From the IMG/VR virus record IMGVR_UViG_2671180878_000013, positions 1-18,284 of that record: a DNA stretch of 18,284 bases, one strand, 5' to 3'. The translations under genes were made by a program, and so were the position numbers. This document shows positions 1 to 6,899 of the stretch, one piece after another. Within the stretch, counting starts at the first letter, position 1. Each line of letters starts with the position of its first letter. The notes beneath the pieces are model-generated. The model was not told the origin of the DNA and made no database searches. It saw only the letters and a list, made by a program, of their open reading frames with translations. Source of the stretch: a virus. Taxonomy: Duplodnaviria; Heunggongvirae; Uroviricota; Caudoviricetes.

Positions 1-56
1 AAACCCTGGTTAAAATCCACACGATAAAAATGACAATGCAAGTATCTCATGCTGTT

Positions 57-81
57 GCCCGAACCTACTCGGGCTTTTTTT
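57..81 (+). terminator. Rho-independent terminator on the plus strand
   Basis: Perfect 6-bp stem gcccga/tcgggc with 6-nt loop, followed by a run of 7 T. It would stop plus-strand transcription entering from left of the window. Confidence 0.5.
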
Positions 82-399
82 GCATGTAAAAAGGCTCCTG
101 CGATGAGGGGCCTGGATATATGCCTAATCTCTGTATACAGCATGATGCCGGGTGCCTCCCGGTGAATTCTGCAATGACCAGACAGAATCCGCAACTTGCC
201 TATACAATACGCAACCAAACATCTGTCATTATGCCCCGCCGCCCAGGGGGATTCATCATGCAGGATTTTTTTAACAAACGCTCAGCATGTCAGGCAACAG
301 TCGACTACCTGAATTGTGAGGCATTTAACATTTCACTGTCCGGTGTCTTTCCTGTAATAAAAAGCCCGCAAAAGAGAGTCAGGGCAGATAAGTGTGGTG

Positions 400-476
400 T
401 GGCGCGTTGTACTGGATTCGAACCAGTGACCGATTGCTTAGAAGGCAATTGCTCTGTCCGGCTGAGCTAACAACGC
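400..476 (-). tRNA. argN: tRNA-Arg, anticodon UCU (reads AGA)
   Basis: Reverse complement folds as a cloverleaf: acceptor GCGTTGT/ACAACGC, anticodon stem ATTGC/GCAAT, loop CTTCTAA, T-arm ACTGG-TTCGAAT-CCAGT, encoded CCA. Symbol follows the Stx-phage ileZ-argN-argO convention and is tentative. Confidence 0.75.
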
Positions 477-489
477 ATGATGCTGATAA

Positions 490-566
490 TGGACCGCCAT
501 CGGGGACTTGAACCCCGCACAGCCAGCTTCGAAGGCTGACGCTCTATCCCGATGAGCTAATGGCGG
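490..566 (-). tRNA. argO: tRNA-Arg, anticodon UCG (reads CGA)
   Basis: Reverse complement folds as a cloverleaf: acceptor CCGCCAT/ATGGCGG, D-stem GCTC/GAGC, anticodon loop CTTCGAA, T-arm CGGGG-TTCAAGT-CCCCG, encoded CCA. Symbol is tentative. Confidence 0.65.
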
Positions 567-575
567 TATGTGATA

Positions 576-651
576 TGGTGGCCCTTGCTGGATTTGAACC
601 AGCGACCTGGCGATTATGAGTCGCTCGCTCTCACCACTGAGCTAAAGGGCC
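576..651 (-). tRNA. ileZ: tRNA-Ile2-like, anticodon CAU (lysidine type, reads AUA); Met cannot be excluded from the anticodon alone
   Basis: Reverse complement GGCCCTTTAGCTCAGTGGTGAGAGCGAGCGACTCATAATCGCCAGGTCGCTGGTTCAAATCCAGCAAGGGCCACCA closely resembles recalled E. coli ileX/ileY tRNA-Ile2. The 7-bp acceptor stem and encoded CCA are present. Confidence 0.7.
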
Positions 652-813
652 GGGCGCAGGATAATAACGGTACGTAACTAATCCTGCAATATCATCCGTT
701 CTGACTGACTAAATCCTGAACTTCCCTGACCGTCTGCTCAAAACGTTCAGTCTCCAGCTCAACGCCAATTGCACGACGCCCCAGCGACATTGCTGCTTTG
801 ACGCTACAGACAT

Positions 814-842
814 AAAAAAGCCAGCCACTGGGGGAGGCTGGC
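814..842 (-). terminator. Rho-independent terminator on the minus strand
   Basis: Stem gccagcc/ggctggc with a G-rich loop; on the minus strand the hairpin is followed by TTTTTT. Confidence 0.45.
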
Positions 843-1021
843 AAACTCGTAGAGCAAAATGCTGTTACGCAAACTTCGTTACAGGGTCATCCTGCAATAC
901 AAAAAATACACAATATTTAGAAAACTAATAGTGCCATGTGCAATTTTTAAGATTTTGTTATTAATTGTGGTCGCACCTTCCTTTCTGTGTACTTTCCGTA
1001 TAGCTCACAGGATTCTGGGTA

Positions 1022-1046
1022 CAAAAAAACCCGCGCATCGGCGGGT
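1022..1046 (-). terminator. Rho-independent terminator on the minus strand, candidate tR' ending a short pR' transcript
   Basis: Stem acccgc/gcgggt with 6-nt loop; on the minus strand it is followed by TTTTTTTGT. It lies about 60 nt downstream of the candidate pR'. Confidence 0.55.
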
Positions 1047-1093
1047 TCTTAAATCTTATCAACGGTAGACATACAAAGCCCATCGTTGGGAAA

Positions 1094-1122
1094 ATCTTAT
1101 CCATATTTTTTGAAAAATGCAA
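1094..1122 (-). promoter_or_regulatory. Candidate late promoter pR' (Q-dependent antitermination entry site)
   Basis: On the minus strand, -35 TTGCAT (1122..1117), a 17-nt spacer, and -10 TAAGAT (1099..1094), located just downstream of the Q stop and upstream of the terminator at 1022-1046. Confidence 0.4.
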
Positions 1123-1153
1123 GCATCATGTCGTCATCTTCGGCGAAAACCAT

Positions 1154-1906
1154 TTATCTTGTCACCTTTCTCAATTGTATCTCTGCATATGCTTCTTCCT
1201 GCCAGCACTTTGTAACCAGTTTATCAATGACATCTGCATATCCTTTGTACCACTGATAATCCGTCAGGTCTGGTACCAGCTTCTGGACATGAAGCCGCGC
1301 CAGTGTGGTTGGTAAACGGCTAAACCGGTTTCCATTGCAACGCCCACAAACCTTATAAACAGGCGTGCCATGAAGCCGGGTTCTTTTTTCATCCAGGACA
1401 ATACCTTTACCCTTGCACCCTCTGCATGCTGTGCTGACTTCTCCCTTACCATGACAATGCTGACATAGTTCCTTCACCCACTCTTCCTTAATAACAGATT
1501 CCCCGCTTCTGGAGTGTTTCACCACCTCGCGCAATACATTATGAAATCCAGTACCAGCACAATGCTCACAGCGAGCCTTACTTGCCGCAGACCTGGAATA
1601 ATCAGCAAAGGCAAAATTCACAAGGTAAGGAATGATCTGTAGCCGGGTTTCTTCACTCAATTTATTCAATGTCGGGTTATCCAGTGCCATCGCGTAATTG
1701 AGCAGACCTTCAATCGCAAACTGAGGATCCTGAACACCAACTTTTGCCAGGAATAAAGCAAACCCAAGCGGTGCTTTTGACTGCACCATCCCCTGCGCAG
1801 CCATCACATCCGTAATTGTTAAACCACCAGAGCCTGTCGCCGGTGCGTCATCGCTCAGTTTTGGAGATTTCGGGGAGTAATATTTCGGTAAGGCTTCAAG
1901 GTTCAT
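1154..1906 (-). CDS. Q: Antitermination protein Q (phage 82/21-type, zinc-binding)
   Basis: 250-aa ORF starting MNLEALPKYYSPKSPK with paired Cys/His motifs (CEHC, CQHCHGKG, CRGCKGKG, CGRCNG). ATG at 1906 is preceded by GGAGAA. The ORF-track start at 1948 would overlap the upstream gene. Confidence 0.8.
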   Translation of the reverse strand: MNLEALPKYYSPKSPKLSDDAPATGSGGLTITDVMAAQGMVQSKAPLGFALFLAKVGVQDPQFAIEGLLNYAMALDNPTLNKLSEETRLQIIPYLVNFAFADYSRSAASKARCEHCAGTGFHNVLREVVKHSRSGESVIKEEWVKELCQHCHGKGEVSTACRGCKGKGIVLDEKRTRLHGTPVYKVCGRCNGNRFSRLPTTLARLHVQKLVPDLTDYQWYKGYADVIDKLVTKCWQEEAYAEIQLRKVTR

Positions 1907-1919
1907 GCTCGTTCTCCAC

Positions 1920-2969
1920 TTACGCCAGTACGCCAATTGCCAGCGCACGATCGATAAAACGAAATATCAGCTCCAGCTGAGAGCCATACTTCTCTTCAAA
2001 TGCCACGGTATCCGCATGAAGCTCGTTGTGATGCTCCCGACACAGCGGTAGCGTGAAAATATCGTGAGATTTTGTCCCCATTCCGCCCTGACCATGACCA
2101 ATCAGGTGATGGGGATCGTCGGCTGGCTTACCACAACACGCACACGGCTGTGTCTTTACCCAGCGTGTGTATTTCTCATTTACCCAGCGGCGACGTTTAG
2201 GTCGTTTCATGAAGGATTCCGGAGACTCCGGATCAACGGCAATGCTGACCACCGTCTTTTCCTGTGGTGGGTTCTGTTGCTGGTGGGTGTGAGACGGTAG
2301 CGCAATATTTTTTGTGCGCTGCTTCAGTATGCTGGTGGCGGTCTGTTCTCCCGGTATGATGTCGCTTTCACGGTATACGGAGCGGATTTTTTCCGCACGC
2401 AACCCCAGCGAACGACGTAATACCGCTTCCGGTAGCGCGTCCGCCACCTGATTGCGGACCGCCCACCAGGATAATTCAGCCAGCGATAATTCCCGTTCCT
2501 GTATGCCATTCATTGCGTGGCGGATGACGTCAATCATCCATGCTGACAGGTTTTGTTGAGCAAGTTGCTCGAGTGATTCTGATGTCTGGTCGCGCAGCTG
2601 GTTGTCACAGTGCCAGCACAACACCATCGCGCCGGTACCATAACGGTGAATGACTGTTTCGCTGTGATGATAATCGCCGTGTGGCCACTGGCAGGATTTC
2701 ACGTGACGTAATAACCAGTCAGACAGTGCACCTGCACCACCTGCTGCACGAATAACCCGCTCATCGCTGAAAAATGGCAGTAATGTTTTATCCTCTGCCA
2801 GCGGCTGGCGAACGGCAGGAACGACTCCGGACGGCAGACCGCGCATGTTTTTCGGTTCCGGCTCCACCAATATTCTGCCGTTATGGAATACTGACATTGA
2901 TTCACGGCCTGGCTTAACGATAACCAGACCGAGTTCCGGTACCAGAACAGGTCGAAGTAATACCCGCAC
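1920..2969 (-). CDS. ydfU: DUF968-family prophage protein with C-terminal HNH-like motif (YdfU-like)
   Basis: 349-aa ORF with C-terminal CACCGKPADDPHHLIGHGQGG...CREHHNELH motif, at the position just upstream of Q as in Qin. The start appears to be GTG at 2969 with GGAGG 4 nt upstream; an ATG at 2897 is an alternative. Confidence 0.7.
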   Translation of the reverse strand: MRVLLRPVLVPELGLVIVKPGRESMSVFHNGRILVEPEPKNMRGLPSGVVPAVRQPLAEDKTLLPFFSDERVIRAAGGAGALSDWLLRHVKSCQWPHGDYHHSETVIHRYGTGAMVLCWHCDNQLRDQTSESLEQLAQQNLSAWMIDVIRHAMNGIQERELSLAELSWWAVRNQVADALPEAVLRRSLGLRAEKIRSVYRESDIIPGEQTATSILKQRTKNIALPSHTHQQQNPPQEKTVVSIAVDPESPESFMKRPKRRRWVNEKYTRWVKTQPCACCGKPADDPHHLIGHGQGGMGTKSHDIFTLPLCREHHNELHADTVAFEEKYGSQLELIFRFIDRALAIGVLA

Positions 2970-2970
2970 G

Positions 2971-3240
2971 TTACCTCCAGATGCGCTGCTGGAATGTGCG
3001 GGACGGACGCGGTGGGCGTTCGGAATAAGGGAGCCTGGCGGAGATTATCCAGTGACGACGATCGAAGCTGAGATCTTTCTGAAACTCGTAACCACGCCTG
3101 CGGTAACACTGGATCAGCCATTCGGCCTGTTCTTCAGTGCATAGGGGATGCTGGAACCAGTCGGTTTTAAATACGTGCGAACACCGCCCTTGCCTACTGG
3201 CAAGGGCGGCAGAATTGTGCAATCTGCTATCGTGCGCCAT
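2971..3240 (-). CDS. Hypothetical 89-aa protein, translationally coupled to the DUF968 gene
   Basis: ATG at 3240 preceded by GGAG. The stop TAA sits inside the GGAGGTAAC ribosome-binding site of the next gene. Product not recognised. Confidence 0.45.
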   Translation of the reverse strand: MAHDSRLHNSAALASRQGRCSHVFKTDWFQHPLCTEEQAEWLIQCYRRRGYEFQKDLSFDRRHWIISARLPYSERPPRPSRTFQQRIWR

Positions 3241-3293
3241 CGGGATCTCCGGTGGCACGGTGTTTCTCAGCGACGGTTCAAGTCAGCCTGATT

Positions 3294-3521
3294 TTATAGC
3301 TGCTTCTGAATATCATCAACAGGTAATCCTGCCAACTCTCTTACCTCAGAAAGAAGAGAAAGGCTTACAACAACCTCATTACTTCGCATAACAAAACCAC
3401 ATTGAAAAGAACCATCACTGTTTCTGTAAACAACAACCGGGCGCGTGCTCTCATAAAACCCCGGGATCAAACTGGCTGGGATTTTCACAACACCTCCTGA
3501 CGTAAAGGAAATGAAATGCAT
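3294..3521 (-). CDS. Hypothetical 75-aa protein (rem position of Qin)
   Basis: ATG at 3521 preceded by GAGAGAAG. Product MHFISFTSGGVVKIPAS... not recognised; its position between the hok and ydfU homologs matches rem in Qin. Confidence 0.35.
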   Translation of the reverse strand: MHFISFTSGGVVKIPASLIPGFYESTRPVVVYRNSDGSFQCGFVMRSNEVVVSLSLLSEVRELAGLPVDDIQKQL

Positions 3522-3744
3522 TATCGCTTCTCTCGGACTATAACCATGAAAAGAGACGCATTTCACTCAGTAAATCTGAGGATTTTATGCGCAAGAACAA
3601 TGACTTTTTCTGTCTGCCGTTTATACAATCTGAATTACGTCTGTTTTTTGAACACCGATAAATCAGCAAGCATTCTCAAATAAAGATTGCCTCCATAGTC
3701 CACATGGTGTAACACTATGTGTTATATAAAATGCAGAGGCAGGT

Positions 3745-4116
3745 ATGCGAATTTTCAAAAACGCCTGGTTTGAACGTTTCGCCCGAAAACATCGGATTTC
3801 CGATAAATCGCTGCGCAAAATCGTGGAGCAGGCCGATAAGGGGATCATATCCGCAAATTTGGGTAGTGGTGTCATTAAACAAAGATTAGCCCGAAGTGGT
3901 GGCGGAAAATCAGGCGGTTACCGGACAATAATTTTTTACCGCGTTGCAGAAAAAGCCTTTTTCATCTACGCATACGCAAAGAATGAACGAGAGAATATCA
4001 CTGCTATAGAGGAAAATGCTTTTCGAAAAGCCGCTCCCCATGTCCTCAATCTTACTGATGAACAGCTGGCACAATTGATTCAACAAGGCCAGTTCACGGA
4101 GGTACCCAATGAGTAA
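3745..4116 (+). CDS. higB: HigB-like (RelE/ParE superfamily) toxin
   Basis: 123-aa ORF with GGYRTIIFY...FFIYAYAKNEREN motif resembling HigB-type toxins. GAGG lies upstream of the ATG, and the gene overlaps the downstream antitoxin gene by 8 nt. Confidence 0.6.
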   Translation: MRIFKNAWFERFARKHRISDKSLRKIVEQADKGIISANLGSGVIKQRLARSGGGKSGGYRTIIFYRVAEKAFFIYAYAKNERENITAIEENAFRKAAPHVLNLTDEQLAQLIQQGQFTEVPNE

Positions 4117-4426
4117 AAATTACCGCAGTGATGCACTTGCATCTGTACATGAAATGATGGAGTCACTCCATGATATCGGTGCAATCACAAAACAAACTAT
4201 GCGCGAATTCGATGAAACTTGTCTTCAGCCTGCGCCGGTAATGTCTCCGGAAAGGATCCGTGCACTGCGAGAACGAGAGCATCTGTCTCAACCTGTTTTT
4301 GCCAGATACCTCAACGTCAGTAAAAACCTGATATCAGACTGGGAACGAGGAGTGAAACGCCCGGGAGGTGCAGCTCTTCGGCTTCTTTCAGTTGTCGAGA
4401 AAAACGGGATCCAGGTAATATCCTGA
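4109..4426 (+). CDS. higA: HigA-like HTH (XRE-family) antitoxin
   Basis: 105-aa ORF with a C-terminal HTH (LSQPVFARYLNVSKNLISDWERGVKRPGGAALRLL). The toxin-first, overlapping arrangement is typical of HigBA. Confidence 0.6.
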   Translation: MSKNYRSDALASVHEMMESLHDIGAITKQTMREFDETCLQPAPVMSPERIRALREREHLSQPVFARYLNVSKNLISDWERGVKRPGGAALRLLSVVEKNGIQVIS

Positions 4427-4499
4427 TATTCTAATACAACAAAACCCGCCGAAGCAGGTTAAGTGCGGGTGCGTTGAGGATGCCTGACACATCAGAGGT

Positions 4500-4521
4500 G
4501 GCGAGGGATTTCTCCCTCGCC
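4500..4521. repeat. Perfect hairpin ggcgaggga-tttc-tccctcgcc between the convergent higA and hok genes
   Basis: 9-bp perfect stem with 4-nt loop seen directly; no flanking T-run on either strand, so it is not a canonical intrinsic terminator. Confidence 0.5.
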
Positions 4522-4528
4522 AGGTCTC

Positions 4529-4684
4529 TTACTCCTCAGGTTCGTAAGCTGTGAAGACAGCGACCTCCGTCTGGCCGGTTCGGATTCGTACCTCGCAGAG
4601 GTCTTTCCTCGTTACCAGTGCCGTCACTATGACGGTTAAACAGATGACAATCAGGGCGATTAACATCGCCTTTTGCTGCTTCAT
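4529..4684 (-). CDS. hokD: Hok/Gef-family membrane toxin
   Basis: 51-aa product MKQQKAMLIALIVICLTVIVTALVTRKDLCEVRIRTGQTEVAVFTAYEPEE matches recalled HokD/RelF almost exactly. AAGGAG lies 9 nt upstream of the ATG at 4684. Confidence 0.85.
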   Translation of the reverse strand: MKQQKAMLIALIVICLTVIVTALVTRKDLCEVRIRTGQTEVAVFTAYEPEE

Positions 4685-4917
4685 AGCCTGCTTCTCCTTG
4701 CCTTTCGGCACGTAAGAGGCTAACCTACATGTGCAAAGCATGAAATTGGCCTCAGATTAATGTTAAGCGTCCTGCAAGACGCGTAATGTTAACTGGGGCT
4801 TTTCTCTGTCTGCCTTACGGCGGCATGCCCGAGGCAGACAGCCTCAAGCACCCGCAGCAATTCTACTTAACTCTTCTTTCCCCGCAAATCATTTTATCCC
4901 CGATGGTAATGTTCTCC

Positions 4918-4937
4918 CGATATGGGAATTCCCATAT
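4918..4937. repeat. 20-bp perfect palindrome GATATGGGAATTCCCATATC
   Basis: Seen directly; lies between the stop of the ORF6N gene and the hok leader. Candidate protein-binding site or processing structure. Confidence 0.6.
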
Positions 4938-4955
4938 CAAGGTTAACTCAATCGG

Positions 4956-5507
4956 TTAAAGCTCCATTAATTTTCCGGCCAGTTCATCTCGTGGCATTAC
5001 CAGCCATCCGCGCGATTTAAGCAAAGCCAGGGCTTCTTCAACCGTCACCAGCTGGCCAGGCGCATAACTTCGGATGAAGGCGGTTTTATCGTCACGGATC
5101 GCCAGGTGAAAATCGATATTCATTTTTCCCATAGCCCGCTCTTTCTCGTACTGGTTGAAGTAACTGTCTTCGAGTTTTTCGAATACTTCCCACGCCTGAT
5201 CGGTTTCGAGCATTTTTGCATGACGGGCTGCTCCGCGTTCTGTCCAGAGGATGAGAGTGCGGGTTTTGGGAGAAATTTTCACCTCATTTTGCGACTCGTT
5301 TAAAACTAGTCGCAAATTTTTGAGCTCATCACCAACAGCTTTAAAGAAGTGTTTTCCCTCAATAAATCGAGATTTATTTTCATGGTGATTCTGCTGTATA
5401 CGGATTGCTTCTGTTCCGTAAAGGCGGGCGAGTAACTCAGTTGTGATTACAGGAATCTGGTTATAAGTGACAGGGGAAAGGTTTTTGACAGTAACTTGAG
5501 TCGTCAT
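4956..5507 (-). CDS. ORF6N/KilA-N-type DNA-binding protein (antirepressor-like)
   Basis: 183-aa ORF with an N-terminal pattern (LARLYG...RFIEGKHFFK...TERGAARHAKMLETDQAWEVFEKL) characteristic of ORF6N domains. AGAGGG lies upstream of the ATG at 5507. Confidence 0.6.
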   Translation of the reverse strand: MTTQVTVKNLSPVTYNQIPVITTELLARLYGTEAIRIQQNHHENKSRFIEGKHFFKAVGDELKNLRLVLNESQNEVKISPKTRTLILWTERGAARHAKMLETDQAWEVFEKLEDSYFNQYEKERAMGKMNIDFHLAIRDDKTAFIRSYAPGQLVTVEEALALLKSRGWLVMPRDELAGKLMEL

Positions 5508-5671
5508 GATAACGCCCTCTGGTTGATGAATTTAACTATCACCACCTTCAGGTCTCAATCATCAGGTGGCGAGACGTACAGGGTTGAGACTACCGGATCA
5601 ACCAACCGGCCAGCCTTTCGGCTGCCCCATACGCCTCACCATAATTCAGATGTGCGTGCGCATACGACAAT

Positions 5672-5693
5672 AAAAAACACGCTCGCGGCGTGT
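5672..5693 (-). terminator. Candidate tR2-like Rho-independent terminator on the minus strand
   Basis: Stem acacgc/gcgtgt with 5-nt loop; on the minus strand it is followed by TTTTT. It sits between the replication/accessory genes and the ORF6N gene. Confidence 0.35.
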
Positions 5694-5778
5694 GTCTGTC
5701 GCGGTTGAATATCCGGGGTCTCAATCCCGACGGTCAACTCGACCGTGCGGTGAATATAGCCCCGGATTAGTAATTACG

Positions 5779-5862
5779 TCAACCCCAGCGGCAAATCGAA
5801 TAAACCACCAGCGCTACCGCCATTGCAACTCCTGCCGTTACGAATGCCTCAGGCCAGGTCAT
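5779..5862 (-). CDS. Candidate 27-aa hydrophobic peptide (MTWPEAFVTAGVAMAVALVVYSICRWG)
   Basis: Hand-translated. Its ATG overlaps the stop of the upstream 61-aa ORF as ATGA, and GAGG lies 10 nt upstream. One predicted transmembrane helix. Confidence 0.3.
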   Translation of the reverse strand: MTWPEAFVTAGVAMAVALVVYSICRWG

Positions 5863-6044
5863 CGTAAACTATCCTCAGCGCCAATCAGTCCGTTTCGCTT
5901 CAGGCAGTCCATCGCTTTATACGGTAATTTGGCTGACAGGCGAAAATCACCCTGCAGCATCAGGCTTATTCCCTTATCCCGGGCTTTCGCTCTGACCGCT
6001 GCCTCGCTACGACCAATCAGACTGCCGATACTTTCGACAGTCAT
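5859..6044 (-). CDS. Hypothetical 61-aa protein, possible small HTH regulator
   Basis: MTVESIGSLIGRSEAAVRAKARDKGISL... from the ATG at 6044. The longer 111-aa ORF-track version would overlap the upstream gene by 90 nt. Confidence 0.35.
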   Translation of the reverse strand: MTVESIGSLIGRSEAAVRAKARDKGISLMLQGDFRLSAKLPYKAMDCLKRNGLIGAEDSLR

Positions 6045-6103
6045 CGTTCCCGCGCACTGCCGGAGTATCAGAATTTCAGCCCGGCACCACGTCTTCCACC
6101 CAC

Positions 6104-6865
6104 TCACCGCTGCTGTTCTCTGGTGGCGGTAATATCCCGGAGAATATCCCGGCACTTGTTCAGCTCCCGCAGCGCGGCGCAGACTCGCTCCCACTTCTGA
6201 ACCTGACCTTTTGCCCGGCGCAGCTCGCGGTTAGCCACATGCAGCGATGGTAAAATCAGCCCATCCGGATGCTTTCTGGTGAACGACGGCTGTGACTGCA
6301 CTGTGACCGCCACACTTTCCGTTTTTATTTCTTCCTGTGTTTCCGCTTCCCGGACTGGTAACGCAACACATGCTGGCTGAGGAAAGGCCTTACCATCATT
6401 TTCCGTTACCAGCGCGGCTTTCGGCTCTGCTGGTAAATTATCGCCCGGCATGCAGTAACGAAATCTACCGTTCTGATTAACGCGTGCCAGCCGCCCCGTT
6501 GCGGTTACCACCGCCAGCGTGGAAGCAACCTTGCGAGTACTGACACTGAACTTACCCGCTATTTCTTCACAGGTTTTAGCCCCCTCCTGAGCGATAAACT
6601 CAATCATCATGTTAGCGCTAACTTTTGGAGCGACCTCTTCGGTCAGCATATCCTGTGTTTCAGATTTTACTGGCCGCTCTTCGGTTACCCGGGATTCACC
6701 TTCGACAGCCAGAAACCAGGTGTGACCCGTTTTATCAACAACGCCATTTTTTTTGAGCTCCCACAGTTCGTTGAGAACTTCTTCACGGCTGATATCAATT
6801 CGTGCCGCCAGTTCAACAGAATTGGCTTTACCCATCGCTTTCAGTGCATGCAATACGGTTTCCAT
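6104..6865 (-). CDS. Hypothetical 253-aa protein with two predicted winged-helix domains (ren position, just downstream of the P-like gene)
   Basis: ATG at 6865 preceded by GGAGGAAG. Two HTH-like segments (SVELAARIDISREEVLNELWELKKNGVV and CEEIAGKFSVSTRKVASTLAVVTATGRLARV) and a basic C-terminus; family not recognised. Confidence 0.55.
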   Translation of the reverse strand: METVLHALKAMGKANSVELAARIDISREEVLNELWELKKNGVVDKTGHTWFLAVEGESRVTEERPVKSETQDMLTEEVAPKVSANMMIEFIAQEGAKTCEEIAGKFSVSTRKVASTLAVVTATGRLARVNQNGRFRYCMPGDNLPAEPKAALVTENDGKAFPQPACVALPVREAETQEEIKTESVAVTVQSQPSFTRKHPDGLILPSLHVANRELRRAKGQVQKWERVCAALRELNKCRDILRDITATREQQR

Positions 6866-6899
6866 TAAAACTTCCTCCGGATAAAAATTACTTCTCAAA

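Noticed and set aside
120-470. 116-aa plus-strand ORF
   Set aside because: It runs through the tRNA-Arg gene on the opposite strand and the preceding non-coding spacer, has no ribosome-binding site, and has no recognisable product.
859-1068. 69-aa plus-strand ORF in the Q-to-tRNA spacer
   Set aside because: AT-rich low-complexity product lying across the candidate tR' terminator; the region is better explained as late-promoter and terminator DNA.
1907-1948. N-terminal extension of the Q ORF (ORF-track start at 1948)
   Set aside because: It would overlap the end of the DUF968 gene; the ATG at 1906 has a good ribosome-binding site and gives the conserved MNLEALPKYY N-terminus.
4685-4741. In-frame N-terminal extension of hok (MLCTCRLASYVPKGKEKQA)
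   Set aside because: Hok family proteins are about 50 aa and the ATG at 4684 has an AAGGAG site. The extension is more likely leader sequence, though a mok-like role is not excluded.
5496-6194. Plus-strand ORFs 5496-5708 and 5692-6132, and the full 111-aa minus-strand ORF 5859-6194
   Set aside because: The plus-strand ORFs are antisense to better-supported genes or lie in the terminator region without ribosome-binding sites. The 111-aa version overlaps the upstream gene by 90 nt, so only the 61-aa core is kept, tentatively.
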